Assembly: GCA_964627935.1 (NCBI GenBank)
Contig: CAZVLB010000001.1
Span: 308,626 to 372,625, forward strand
Reading direction: 5' to 3'
DNA from: an uncultured Ignavibacteria bacterium
GTDB taxonomy: Bacteria > Zixibacteria > MSB-5A5 > JAABVY01
DNA: 64,000 nt
Shown here one piece after another: positions 49,297 to 59,575 of this stretch. A model generated the notes under the pieces. It was given only the letters and a program-made list of their open reading frames with translations. It was not told the origin of the DNA and did no database searches. Both the position numbers and the translations under genes were made by a program. Numbering within the stretch: the stretch's first letter is position 1; every line of letters begins with the position of its first letter.

Positions 49297-50007
49297 CTAT
49301 TTGCGCTTTATGTGGATGATGTTTGCCGATCTGAATTGCATTGGTTCGCTGAACTCGAATCCCTCAAATCTGGCCTTGATTTCATCCAATGTCCATTTGC
49401 GCACATAGAAAAGATGCCGTTTGCCTTCCCTCCAGACAGATGAGATAACAAACACACCATCATCTTTCAGGCAGCGTTTGACATTCTCCATGCAGAACGT
49501 AAGCTTATCATCGTTAACTATATGTTCGAGGACCTCGATCATTATGATCAGGTCATAACTGCCATCGTGTTTTTGCGTGGTGAAGTCTTTTTTGATGAAT
49601 TCGTAATGGGGAAGGCGTTTTTCGTGTTTTTCAAAGAGGGTATCGGTTATATCGATACCGGTATAGTTTTTGACACCCATTCGATTTAAGATATCGGCAT
49701 AGAACCCGGTACCACAGCCGATATCCAGCACGCTTATATTCTGCATATCCAATCCCAGGGATTGAATATATTCGGAAAAGATCTTTTCATCGCGTTCGTA
49801 TTCGCGAATATTGTCCTGATCCGACTTGCCCTCATCGCCTGCGCCTTTAAGCGATTCGCCATAGCGGGAAAGACGGTCATCCCAGTAACGTGCGGCATCA
49901 TAATCATTGCCGCGACCATATTTTATGGGCCCGATTATGGTCTTGTAAATTACCCTTTTTATGAATCCGAGCGGGTCCTTTGTAAACCGTGACAAAATAT
50001 CCGACAT
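49297..50007 (-). CDS. Class I SAM-dependent methyltransferase
   Basis: SAM-binding motif I VLDIGCGTGFYADIL and downstream motifs of the Rossmann-fold MTase. Confidence 0.8.
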   Translation of the reverse strand: MSDILSRFTKDPLGFIKRVIYKTIIGPIKYGRGNDYDAARYWDDRLSRYGESLKGAGDEGKSDQDNIREYERDEKIFSEYIQSLGLDMQNISVLDIGCGTGFYADILNRMGVKNYTGIDITDTLFEKHEKRLPHYEFIKKDFTTQKHDGSYDLIIMIEVLEHIVNDDKLTFCMENVKRCLKDDGVFVISSVWREGKRHLFYVRKWTLDEIKARFEGFEFSEPMQFRSANIIHIKRK

Positions 50008-50022
50008 ATCCTTTAACAGAAT

Positions 50023-51549
50023 TTATGAGTTGATCTTGCCGATGACTTTTTCAACCGCTTCCAGTATTTCGCCCGATTTTACCACCTCACTGAGTTTATT
50101 AATGTCATTATAAAGCGGACGGTCCTCTTCGAGGAAATCGACATGCTTTCTGACTACCTCATAGGCGGCATTGGAGCCGGGGCTGAGCTTAAGCGGCTTT
50201 CTGAAATCGGCCGCCTGGGCCGCATTGAGAAATTCTATCGCCAGCACACCGTTGGCATTTTCTATAATATCACGTGACTTGATAGCCGAGGTCATACCCA
50301 TGGAGACGAAATCCTCCTGGTCGGCCGCGGCCGGAATCGATCCCGTAGCGGCCGGATGAGACAATATGCGATTTTCATTGACCAGTGCTCCGGCGGTGTA
50401 CTGCGCCAGCATCAATCCCGAAAACATTCCCGCGCCCTTGGTCAAAAATGCCGGCAGTCCGGAGGAGAGATGCGGGTTGGTCAGACGATTCACGCGTCTT
50501 TCCGACAGCACGCATAATGTCGTAATCGACATACCCAGAAATTCTGTTGCGAAAGCAATTGGTGAACCCTGGAAATTGGCGCCGGAGATGACCGTGTCAT
50601 CTTCCGGGAAGAAAATCGGGTTATCGGAAACGCCGTTTAATTCCGTCTCGATCAGCTTCCTGATAAATGCCATTGTATCTTTAGCTGTGCCGACTGCCTG
50701 CGGTGTGCTGCGCAGTGAATAGGCATCCTGCACTTTCTTGCCCTTTTGCGCCAGCATTTCGCTGTCTGCCGATATGCGGCGGATATTTTCTGCGCAGGTT
50801 ATGGCGCCCTTATGCCCGCGTACCCGATGCAGTCTGTCATCGTAGCCGGACATGTTTGCATTGAGCACCTCGAGCACCATGGCAGTGGCAATCTCATGCT
50901 GCCTGATCCATCTGTCGGCATCGTACCATTGCAGGCAGGACATGCCGGTGATGACATTGGAGCCGTTGATAGTCGCCAGGCCGTCACGGGCCTGATATGT
51001 GATCGTCTCGATACCGGCACGTTTCATTGCCTCGGCGCCGGGCAGACGTTCACCCTCGAAAAACGCTTCACCCTCGCCCATCGGCACGAGAGCCATCTGA
51101 CCCATGGGTGAAAGGTCTCCCGAGGCTCCCACCGAGCCTTTCTGGCACATTACCGGCGTAACGCCTTTGTTGATCATCTCCACCAGCGTTTCCACGACTT
51201 TCAGGCGCAGTGCGGAATGACCGTTGCAGTGCACATTGATGCGGCTCAGTATCGATGCGCGCGCATCCTCAATCGGAACCGGGTCGCCGATCCCGGCGGC
51301 ATGGCTGTAGATCAGGTAGCGCTGGAATTTCTCCACCTGTTCGGGTGTCAGCACAACCTCTGAAAGTTCGCCGATCCCGGTGTTGACGCCGTACATGATG
51401 GCGTTTTCCTTTAGCTTTTTCTCCACCAGTTCACGGCAGACCTTTATTCTTTCGATAGCTTCCTGCGATAACTCTATTTTTTCATTATGGCGGGCAATTT
51501 CAACCATTTTTTCGATTGACAGGTTATTCCCGTTGATGCTTATAGCCAT
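50023..51549 (-). CDS. hutH: Histidine ammonia-lyase (HAL/PAL family, MIO cofactor)
   Basis: MIO-forming Ala-Ser-Gly triad in GSVGASGDLSPMG; overall HAL-like length. Start set at the ATG preceded by GGAGG (MAISINGN...). Substrate could be His or an aromatic amino acid. Confidence 0.8.
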   Translation of the reverse strand: MAISINGNNLSIEKMVEIARHNEKIELSQEAIERIKVCRELVEKKLKENAIMYGVNTGIGELSEVVLTPEQVEKFQRYLIYSHAAGIGDPVPIEDARASILSRINVHCNGHSALRLKVVETLVEMINKGVTPVMCQKGSVGASGDLSPMGQMALVPMGEGEAFFEGERLPGAEAMKRAGIETITYQARDGLATINGSNVITGMSCLQWYDADRWIRQHEIATAMVLEVLNANMSGYDDRLHRVRGHKGAITCAENIRRISADSEMLAQKGKKVQDAYSLRSTPQAVGTAKDTMAFIRKLIETELNGVSDNPIFFPEDDTVISGANFQGSPIAFATEFLGMSITTLCVLSERRVNRLTNPHLSSGLPAFLTKGAGMFSGLMLAQYTAGALVNENRILSHPAATGSIPAAADQEDFVSMGMTSAIKSRDIIENANGVLAIEFLNAAQAADFRKPLKLSPGSNAAYEVVRKHVDFLEEDRPLYNDINKLSEVVKSGEILEAVEKVIGKINS

Positions 51550-51657
51550 CATTACCTCCGCAAAAATTGGCCAAAAAATATCAAGCTTGTAATTTACCAG
51601 ACCAGCCCGGAAAGTCAAGCGCAATCGCTATCGCTCTTGTTCAATTGATATTTCAGC

Positions 51658-51689
51658 AATAAAAAAGGCACCTGTATGAACAGATGCCT
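51658..51689 (-). terminator. Rho-independent terminator after the M1 peptidase gene 51714-53969
   Basis: Minus-strand hairpin AGGCAUCUG-uucaua-CAGGUGCCU (one G-U pair) followed by UUUUUUAUU. Confidence 0.6.
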
Positions 51690-51713
51690 AAAATTCCAGT
51701 GTTTGCATTATGA

Positions 51714-53969
51714 TCAGCAATCACAAGGCGCGGGGCCGTTTGCGAAAACCCAGTTAATCAGCCAGACTGCGTCGGAGACGTTTACATCGCCGTCGCAATT
51801 GACCTCGCCCGACTCTATCGGGTCAGGGGAGGGGCCGTTCAGGAAGACATAGTTGATAATCCAGACCGCGTCGGAAACATTAATCTCGCCGTCATTATTG
51901 GCATCGCCACAGGTATAGCCGTTATCCTCGGTTACCACTATTGTAAGCCAGATTGTGTCCGAACTGGGCGGATTGGATGAATCCTCGACACCCATCTTGA
52001 AGCTGAATTCCGAGGCCCAGGTGGGAACGCCGGAGAGAATCGGCGGATCACCATCAGTATATTCCAGGCCATAGGGGAATTGTCCGGTCAGATGTGTCCA
52101 GGTATAAGGTGGTACACCACCGATAGCATTGAATTCCTTTTCGAAATACTGCCCCAGATAGGCCGTATCGACCGGATTGGAGATTATCGCCATCCCGAAG
52201 GGCGCTTCTGTCTTGGTGCAAAGAACCCATTCTGTCGGATCGAATTTAATCGAATCAACCGGTTGCGGAACATCCAGCACAAAACTCTGCGTGCGTGTCG
52301 AATTAAATACCTTGTAGATCGAATCCTGGCCATTGTAGAAAACCTGTATATCTATCAGCATGGGGAAGACATTCCAGTTGAACTGAGGTCCAACCTGCGT
52401 CTGTTCGATATACAAGACCACTTTATCGCCATTGCCGTTATTGTAATTGGTCCAGCCATATTCATAGTGGGGATTACCATATTGATATACCCAGGCGTTA
52501 AAGAACCACTCCAGATCATCACCATATACCGCCTCGGCATGAGCGACGAAATCATCGGTAACGGCTGTACCGTAGCGAAGATCAGGATCGGACTGATAGT
52601 TGCGCAATATCTGGAACATGGCTGAATCTCCGACAATGGAACGCAACATATGCAGAACTCTGGAACCCTTATTGTAGGTTGATCCGCCATCGAATATATA
52701 GCCGGTGTCGAGATCATAAACATAAACCGGATCTTCATTCAGGCAGGACTGCGTATGAATATAATCATGATAAAACCCGGTGCCGAAGATCTCTTCGAAA
52801 TACAGCGCTTCCGAATACGTGGCAAAACCCTCATTGAGCCAGATATGATGAAAGCTTTCACAAGTGATCAGGTCGCCCCACCAGTGATGAGCCATTTCGT
52901 GGATAATGATCCATTCATTTACGATGTAATGTACCAGTGCTACCATGGTCTGGTTTTCCATGCCCCACAGATCATAAATCGTCTGGCCGTATTTCTCGTC
53001 GATGAAGGGATAGAGGCCGAATATATCCGAAAAAATCTGCAGTCCCGGAATCGTATAGGTCAGATAATTATTCACTGCCTGAGGGTAACCGTCATAGGCG
53101 TAGACCACCACCGGCATAGTGTCGCCGGGAGCATATTCCCAGGCCTGTTCATAAAGATTCTGGTTGGCGCAGGTAAAATGGATCAGGTAGATTGCCATCG
53201 GGTATGTGCTCTTCCAGTGTGTGGTGCTGGTCCCGTCGCCGTTGGAATTAATACTTTGCAGGAGACCATTGGCGCAGGCTGTCATGGACGATGGATGGGT
53301 CACACGCAGGTCGAGGCTGTCGATTTTATCATAGGGGAAATCTTTGCATGGAAACCAGTTTCGTGAACCGAACGGTTCGCATTCTGTCTGGCAGATGGAG
53401 CCGTTGTAAATCGCATCGAAACTCAATCCTCCGCCGGTGTTATTCTGGGGAGTTCCTATAAATGGCGGCGAGCCATGATACTGCACAGTTACCGCGAAAT
53501 CTTCGCCGATATTTGCAGGCTCATTAAGATAAACGGTAAACAGCACTCCGTTTTGCAGATAGCTTGCCGGCTGACCGTTGATACTGACATCGTCGATGGT
53601 AAGCGCGCTGGTGAAAGTCAGGTCAACGAGTGCAAGATTGTCCACATTGGATTTTGCATTAACTGTCGTAACACCGGAAATTGTCTGGCCGGAAAAATCC
53701 AGGGCGATATCGATATCATAATGGGTGACATCATACTGAAACATGTTGGATGTGGGGCTGCTCAGGCCATAGGGGCCGTCCAGCCTTTTTGTGTCATGCC
53801 CATGATTCTTGATAATCTCCGGGCCTAAGATTTTTCTGCTTTCCAGAATCCATTCTCTGATATCACCTTCATACGGCGGCAGTTGCGGAATCTCCCGGTC
53901 GTTTTCGGCCAGCAATACACCGCACAGGATAAGGCATACCAGTCCTGTCAGATAAAACAAGAGCTTCAT
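51714..53969 (-). CDS. Secreted M1-family zinc metallopeptidase with He_PIG-type Ig domain and C-terminal dockerin-like module
   Basis: Signal peptide; HEMAHHWWGDLITCESFHHIWLNEGFATY (HExxH-x18-E M1 signature); putative Ig motif GGVPPYTWTHLTGQFPYGL; C-terminal [23 protein letters not shown]...PCDC. SD GAGGAGG upstream. Confidence 0.82.
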   Translation of the reverse strand: MKLLFYLTGLVCLILCGVLLAENDREIPQLPPYEGDIREWILESRKILGPEIIKNHGHDTKRLDGPYGLSSPTSNMFQYDVTHYDIDIALDFSGQTISGVTTVNAKSNVDNLALVDLTFTSALTIDDVSINGQPASYLQNGVLFTVYLNEPANIGEDFAVTVQYHGSPPFIGTPQNNTGGGLSFDAIYNGSICQTECEPFGSRNWFPCKDFPYDKIDSLDLRVTHPSSMTACANGLLQSINSNGDGTSTTHWKSTYPMAIYLIHFTCANQNLYEQAWEYAPGDTMPVVVYAYDGYPQAVNNYLTYTIPGLQIFSDIFGLYPFIDEKYGQTIYDLWGMENQTMVALVHYIVNEWIIIHEMAHHWWGDLITCESFHHIWLNEGFATYSEALYFEEIFGTGFYHDYIHTQSCLNEDPVYVYDLDTGYIFDGGSTYNKGSRVLHMLRSIVGDSAMFQILRNYQSDPDLRYGTAVTDDFVAHAEAVYGDDLEWFFNAWVYQYGNPHYEYGWTNYNNGNGDKVVLYIEQTQVGPQFNWNVFPMLIDIQVFYNGQDSIYKVFNSTRTQSFVLDVPQPVDSIKFDPTEWVLCTKTEAPFGMAIISNPVDTAYLGQYFEKEFNAIGGVPPYTWTHLTGQFPYGLEYTDGDPPILSGVPTWASEFSFKMGVEDSSNPPSSDTIWLTIVVTEDNGYTCGDANNDGEINVSDAVWIINYVFLNGPSPDPIESGEVNCDGDVNVSDAVWLINWVFANGPAPCDC

Positions 53970-54021
53970 TATATCAGGCCTCCTCTATTGTGCTGAGCGG
54001 CCGGAATAAGGTTTCGTCAGG

Positions 54022-56607
54022 CTAAATTGGACACGGTGGCGGACCACCGGAGAAGATATAGTTAATGATCCAGACCGCATCGGAAATATTCACCGCATCA
54101 TCGCAGTTGACATCGCCCATATACAATGGATTGGGCGGCGGACCGCCGGTGAAGACATAGTTGATAATCCAGACCGCATCGGAGACATTAATCTCGCCAT
54201 CACCATTACAGTCGCCTCTTATACTGGGTGATTGAGAGTCCAGGATGAAGAAAAACGGTTGCGCCTGGTAACCGCTTCCGAATCCATCCTGGTTGAATGC
54301 CTCGACATGCCAGTAATAGAAGCCGTCGGTCAATGATGCGGCAGGTGTATATGTGGTGTCATTGATATCTGCATAAGTGGCTACATTGACAGTGAAATTC
54401 TGGTCCTGGGCGATTTGCAATGTATAATCTCCGCCGCTACCGGCTGTTGAGGTCCAGACGAACTGGGGCGTTTCATCGCTGGTTGTACCGCCGTTGGCGG
54501 GACTGATCAGAGTCGGCTTATCAGGCGATTCACCTTCGAGCACATATATTCTGATCGTTATCGTGTCGGCATTGGGCGGAGTGTCGCTGTCTTCTACTGC
54601 CAAAGTGAACTGAAAATCCGAGGCCCAGGTTGGAGTACCATCCAGGTAAGCCGTATTTTCGTTATGGAATGTCAGCCCATAGGGGAACTGGCCGGTTACC
54701 AGGCTCCAGTCGTAATCCGGCACACCTGCCACCGCGGAGAATTCCATGTAATAGGGCTGACCGACATAGGCCGTATCGACTTCTTTGCTGGCCAGGATAG
54801 CCATCTGAAATTCCTCGCTGAACTCAACCGTCCGGAGTATTTTTTCATCCGGATCGATCTGCACCGAATCAGGCGGATTGGGAACATCAAACTGCCAGAC
54901 CTGTCCACGCTGGCTGTTGAAGACTGTCAGAGAGGTGTCATATCCACCGGCAAAGATGTTGACATCGATTGGCATGGGAAAAATCGCGCCGGCCTGTTCC
55001 TGCTTGATCAGGAGATACATGTCATATCCACCATTTACCGTATCCGCCTCATGCTGGAAAGCGTAAACATAATTTGGGTTGCCGGGCTGATATATCCAGC
55101 TGTTAAAAAACCAGCCCATATCCTGACCGTAAACCTGGCTGCAGACTGCGGAAAGGTCCTCGGTTGAGGCATCACCATAAGAATACAGCGGATGATTGAA
55201 ATAGCTGTCCAGGGCCTCGCGAAAGAGCGAATCGCCCATCACCTGGTGCAGCATATATACAACCCATGATCCCTTGTCGTAGACGGTAATGCCATCGAAT
55301 ATATCATCGTTAATCAGGTCCTCGACATAGGGAGTTCCGGCGTCGAGATGTTTCTGGCCCTCGAGCCAGCTTTTATAATAGTTCTCTCCATAATGATATT
55401 TGAAATAAAGCGCTTCCGAATAAGAGGCAAAACCCTCGTTGAGCCACATATGATGAAATGTCCGGCAGGTTACCTGATCGCCGGCCCATTGATGGCCGAG
55501 CTCATGCGCAATCACATATTCTGAATCGAAATAGGGCGAAATCGAAGTCAGCGTTTGGTGTTCCATGGCACCGCCCCAGCCATAGTTGCTGTGGCCATAC
55601 TTTTCATCTATAAAGGGATACAGGGTAAACCAGTAGGATAAAGCTTCCAGCGAGGGATTGGTATAATTCAGCGCATAGTAGACTGAATAGTACTGGCTGT
55701 GCTGGCTGATTCCGGGATAGCCGTAGGTCTCGATCGGCATAGTCTGGCCCGGAGCATATTCCCATGTGTCGGTGAACAGGTTATAATCCGTACATCCGAG
55801 ACTTACCAGATAAGTTGCAATCGGATATTTATGCGACCAGTGAGTTGTGTATGTACCATCGCCGTTACTTGTGGAACTGATCTTGACACCGTTGGAGGCG
55901 GCCAGGTAACCGGATGGATGCGTGATCAGGATGTCGATTGAATCCGGTTTGTCATTGGGATGATCCTCGCAGGGCCACCACAGCCGTGAGCCCCATGGCT
56001 CGCAATTGGTATACGCAACCGGGACGCTTCCCCAGCTATAGAATTGAAGCCCGTCGGTGCCGTCAAAGCCCGGTGTGCCGCCATATTCAACTTTGACAGT
56101 GAACTCATCACCGACGCTAAAGCTTTGCCCCAGGTAGATCGTCAGAAGTTCCGCGTTGTGATTGTAATTGCTGATCGGGCTGCCGTTTAAATAAACCGCG
56201 GAAACATTCAGGAGCCCGCCGTTATTGGTCAGATTGAAATCAACGGCATTTGTATTGTCGTAAAGTGCCTTAAGGCGGGATTCGACATAGCCGTCGATCG
56301 TATAGCTCGAAAAATCCAGCTCGATAGCGATCTTGTAGTAAAGTATATCGACCTTGTTCTGATTGGTGGTTGGTTCGATATTGGTTGATACCAGTGTGGA
56401 TTTCAGATTGTTCTGGAATTTTTCTGTTTTATGCATGCAGGCATGTTTCTCGAGCCTCTGCTCGAGCATCTGCTGCCATTCTTCCGCATCCGGCGGATCA
56501 AGGGTGCCGCGATAAGTTTGCAGCAATTCAGCTTCGGCTGATGGCTGGAAAATTAATATTGCAAAGATCAGGAAGGCTATAAAACCGGCTGTATTTTTAA
56601 GACTCAT
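54022..56607 (-). CDS. Secreted M1-family zinc metallopeptidase, paralog, with C-terminal dockerin-like module
   Basis: Signal peptide; HELGHQWAGDQVTCRTFHHMWLNEGFASY; putative Ig motif; extra beta-rich domain; C-terminal [22 protein letters not shown]...PCPI. Only 52 bp upstream of the paralog, probably co-transcribed. Confidence 0.82.
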   Translation of the reverse strand: MSLKNTAGFIAFLIFAILIFQPSAEAELLQTYRGTLDPPDAEEWQQMLEQRLEKHACMHKTEKFQNNLKSTLVSTNIEPTTNQNKVDILYYKIAIELDFSSYTIDGYVESRLKALYDNTNAVDFNLTNNGGLLNVSAVYLNGSPISNYNHNAELLTIYLGQSFSVGDEFTVKVEYGGTPGFDGTDGLQFYSWGSVPVAYTNCEPWGSRLWWPCEDHPNDKPDSIDILITHPSGYLAASNGVKISSTSNGDGTYTTHWSHKYPIATYLVSLGCTDYNLFTDTWEYAPGQTMPIETYGYPGISQHSQYYSVYYALNYTNPSLEALSYWFTLYPFIDEKYGHSNYGWGGAMEHQTLTSISPYFDSEYVIAHELGHQWAGDQVTCRTFHHMWLNEGFASYSEALYFKYHYGENYYKSWLEGQKHLDAGTPYVEDLINDDIFDGITVYDKGSWVVYMLHQVMGDSLFREALDSYFNHPLYSYGDASTEDLSAVCSQVYGQDMGWFFNSWIYQPGNPNYVYAFQHEADTVNGGYDMYLLIKQEQAGAIFPMPIDVNIFAGGYDTSLTVFNSQRGQVWQFDVPNPPDSVQIDPDEKILRTVEFSEEFQMAILASKEVDTAYVGQPYYMEFSAVAGVPDYDWSLVTGQFPYGLTFHNENTAYLDGTPTWASDFQFTLAVEDSDTPPNADTITIRIYVLEGESPDKPTLISPANGGTTSDETPQFVWTSTAGSGGDYTLQIAQDQNFTVNVATYADINDTTYTPAASLTDGFYYWHVEAFNQDGFGSGYQAQPFFFILDSQSPSIRGDCNGDGEINVSDAVWIINYVFTGGPPPNPLYMGDVNCDDAVNISDAVWIINYIFSGGPPPCPI

Positions 56608-56628
56608 GGCTCCTCCGCAGAAATGTTT

Positions 56629-57159
56629 TCAAGAGCCCGAAGGCGCTTGAAAGGAGAGTTTTTTCAGGATGTCAGATTTTATATCAGAATAATTTTTTCT
56701 TTCAAGGTAGTGAATCAATACATCGTCTCTTGATTTTATCTTATCGGCTACCGGATGAGATATATATATTATAGAAGCTAATAGAGTCTTACCGGAATCA
56801 AGGATATCAAAAACCAGGTTTCTGAAAACATCGGAGAATAGTTCCATTTTCCCGATTTCATCGATTATAACGCAGGATTTGTCCGATATGTTTAATCTTT
56901 TTCTCCGCAAGCTTTCTTCAAATCCTTTCAGATCAACACCATAGTCGGCAACACGATATTTGCTGTCGATATTTTTGTGGGCCAGAATCATTTCCTCGCC
57001 ATCGAGGTAGCTTAGCCTGAATCCCACTCTTTTGTTGCTATTGCGAATCTCATCGGTAAGAAAGCCGCCAAAATCAAAGCCGGGATGCCGGGAAATCTCC
57101 CGCAGGAGCGTGGTCTTGCCGCATCCGGGTTTTCCGGTGACCAGAATTTTATTAATCAC
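56629..57159 (-). CDS. Small P-loop NTPase (THEP1/NTPase_1-like)
   Basis: MINKILVTGKPGCGKTTLLREI Walker A at the extreme N-terminus, Walker B-like VIIDEIGKME; 21 bp upstream of the M1 peptidase gene on the same strand. Confidence 0.7.
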   Translation of the reverse strand: MINKILVTGKPGCGKTTLLREISRHPGFDFGGFLTDEIRNSNKRVGFRLSYLDGEEMILAHKNIDSKYRVADYGVDLKGFEESLRRKRLNISDKSCVIIDEIGKMELFSDVFRNLVFDILDSGKTLLASIIYISHPVADKIKSRDDVLIHYLERKNYSDIKSDILKKLSFQAPSGS

Positions 57160-57430
57160 ATCAAAAAGACGATAAGTAAAACAATGACGGTAACGCGAAT
57201 AAGGTCGATTCCGTTATATAATAACAGCATACATAAGTTACTTCAATTTCTCGAATTGTCAAGAATGAACTTGGATCATCCACTTTCGGGATCGATTTCG
57301 AACTCGGCCGCTTTTGTCGATTTTTTTATCAAAAATTTCCCTTTAAGTATTTATCAGTACAGAATTTAGTTCAACGGCCGATAATAAGATAGACTCTTGA
57401 TGCCTAAAATGGAATCAGCATGGAGAATCA

Positions 57431-58741
57431 ATGAAGATTGACCAACTACTGGAAAGGTTCGGCTCGCTCGAAAACAAGCTGATTGACCTCGAGGTGCAGC
57501 TCGAATCAAAAAACACTGAACTCTATGAGATGGCGCGGGTTGGCGCCATGATTACCTCATTTCTGGAACTTGAAGGCATACTTTCGGCCATGATCGAAAT
57601 GTCCTTGAGGCTTCTGCATGCCGAGGTGGGTTGCATAATCCTGTGGGATGAGAAAACCGATGAGCCCCGGACCCGCATATCATGGGGAATCGATTATTCC
57701 ATGGTTAAGCTCATGAAACTCGAGGGGGATATTGATATTGCGCAATGGGCCCGGGATACCGGCGAATCCGTGATAATCAATGATTTCCCGCCCGAAACCG
57801 AAATCCCGGCCATGGTTAACTCAGTTATTGCCGCACCATTGCGTTGCCGTGACGAGACTATTGGCGTACTCGTGGCAGTCAATAAAACGGATGAAGACGG
57901 TTTCAATAATGAAGACAAAAATATGCTCGAGACGCTGACCAATTTCGCCGGCGTGGCAATTGAAAATTCCAAGTTGATGGATGAACGGCTCAAGCGCCAG
58001 AAACTCGAGGATGAGCTGGCACTGGCCAATGTCGTCCAGCAGGCCCTTTTGCCCGACGATGTGAGCGGTTTTGATGGCGCCTCTGTTTCGCATATCTATT
58101 ATCCCGCGGGCCAGGTCGGTGGCGATTATTATGATGTTGTCCCGCTGGATGACAAGCATTTTGTGATCGTTGTCGGCGATGTTTCCAATAAGGGCGTGCC
58201 GGCGGCCCTGATGATGACCGCGGTTCGTTCGGTGGTGCGCCATGAGGTGCGTAATTCAACCGATATTGCCGCGATTATGACCAATATCAACCGCACTTTG
58301 TGCCGCGATGTGATGCGCACGGATGGCATGTTTATCAGCCTGGTTCTGGCCTATATCGATCTGGAGCAGATGGAGATGACGGCTTGTAATGCGGGCCATC
58401 TGCCGCCCCTGTTCTACAATCCGCAAAATGGCGATATCGAGCAGCTAAAGCAGGGCGGAATAATCCTGGGCACATTCGAGGACTGCGAATACAAATCCGA
58501 AACAGTCAAGCTCAAGTCAGGAGATATGCTGCTCTGTTTCACCGACGGCGTCACCGAATCAATGGACAGGCATGATAATATGTTCGGCCGTGATGGCCTG
58601 ATCGAATACACGCGCAAGCACATGGAAATGGAAGAGGACAGCTTCCTGAAAGGCCTCAAAGCACGAATTGACAAATTCGTGGAGGGTGCCGGGGATACCC
58701 AGTTCGATGATATCACCTGCGTATTAGTGAGGATTTCATGA
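57431..58741 (+). CDS. GAF-domain PP2C-type serine phosphatase (RsbU/SpoIIE-like)
   Basis: N-terminal GAF, then PP2C/SpoIIE motifs (GGDYYDVVPLDD; VVGDVSNKGVPAALMMTAVRS; FTDGVTE). Confidence 0.82.
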   Translation: MKIDQLLERFGSLENKLIDLEVQLESKNTELYEMARVGAMITSFLELEGILSAMIEMSLRLLHAEVGCIILWDEKTDEPRTRISWGIDYSMVKLMKLEGDIDIAQWARDTGESVIINDFPPETEIPAMVNSVIAAPLRCRDETIGVLVAVNKTDEDGFNNEDKNMLETLTNFAGVAIENSKLMDERLKRQKLEDELALANVVQQALLPDDVSGFDGASVSHIYYPAGQVGGDYYDVVPLDDKHFVIVVGDVSNKGVPAALMMTAVRSVVRHEVRNSTDIAAIMTNINRTLCRDVMRTDGMFISLVLAYIDLEQMEMTACNAGHLPPLFYNPQNGDIEQLKQGGIILGTFEDCEYKSETVKLKSGDMLLCFTDGVTESMDRHDNMFGRDGLIEYTRKHMEMEEDSFLKGLKARIDKFVEGAGDTQFDDITCVLVRIS

Positions 58742-59202
58742 GTGACAGCAGTTTTGAAGATAAAATCGAGGTCAGCGTTCCCAGCCGTCTTGAAAACCTG
58801 AACTGGCTTTACCCGATCTGCGACAGCATCCTCAGCGAGCTGCCCTTTGACAGGAAACGCCGCCATATGCTTTTGGTGGCAATCAGCGAAGGTTTCACCA
58901 ATGCGTTTCAACATGGAAACCAGAAAAGCCCGGATACGCAGATCAGGCTAACCTTTTATGTTAGTGAAAAATCGCTCAAAATTCTAATTGAGGATGAAGC
59001 CGTTTTGCCGATAAAAAGTACAGACAACCTGTTTACGGAATACTCCGACCAGGAAAGCACAAGCGGCAGGGGGCTGCACATGATAGGGAAAATTGTCGAT
59101 AATTTATATTTCGAGCACGGTTTGAAGGGAAAGAACAGGCTCGTATTGGAAATTAACTTTGCAGATAAAAGGGAGAAAGCGAACTCTTTCTCGGGGAGAT
59201 GA
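58738..59202 (+). CDS. Anti-sigma regulatory factor / serine protein kinase (RsbW-like, HATPase_c)
   Basis: GHKL ATPase motifs (EGFTNAFQHGN; GRGLHMIGKIVD); overlaps the phosphatase gene by 4 nt. Confidence 0.75.
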   Translation: MSDSSFEDKIEVSVPSRLENLNWLYPICDSILSELPFDRKRRHMLLVAISEGFTNAFQHGNQKSPDTQIRLTFYVSEKSLKILIEDEAVLPIKSTDNLFTEYSDQESTSGRGLHMIGKIVDNLYFEHGLKGKNRLVLEINFADKREKANSFSGR

Positions 59203-59205
59203 ATT

Positions 59206-59565
59206 ATGGAGATCACAGTAAAATCTTCAGACAACTTTAACACATTTTATTTAAAGGGCCGTCTTGACCTGACCAGCTCATCAGAGCTCAAGGAAAAAGT
59301 CAAGGAATATCTGGAGCAGGGCAAGGTCTATATTCTTCTGAACCTGGCCCAGGTTGATTTTATCAACAGTTCCGGCCTGGGGACACTGGTTTCGACTTTA
59401 AAGGAAGTTCGTTCCGTTAAGGGCCGTATTGCTCTTTGCTGCCTGGCTCCATACGTACAGGAAATCTTTGAGATCACGCAGCTCTCGCACATCTTCGATA
59501 TCTATGTTAGCGAAAACGAAGCACGGTCAGCATTCACGGATAGCAAGGTGGCCAGCAGAAGCTAA
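59206..59565 (+). CDS. Anti-sigma factor antagonist (STAS domain)
   Basis: STAS pattern with the conserved phosphorylatable Ser in DFINSSGLGTLVS. Confidence 0.8.
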   Translation: MEITVKSSDNFNTFYLKGRLDLTSSSELKEKVKEYLEQGKVYILLNLAQVDFINSSGLGTLVSTLKEVRSVKGRIALCCLAPYVQEIFEITQLSHIFDIYVSENEARSAFTDSKVASRS

Positions 59566-59575
59566 GGGGTGCCGT

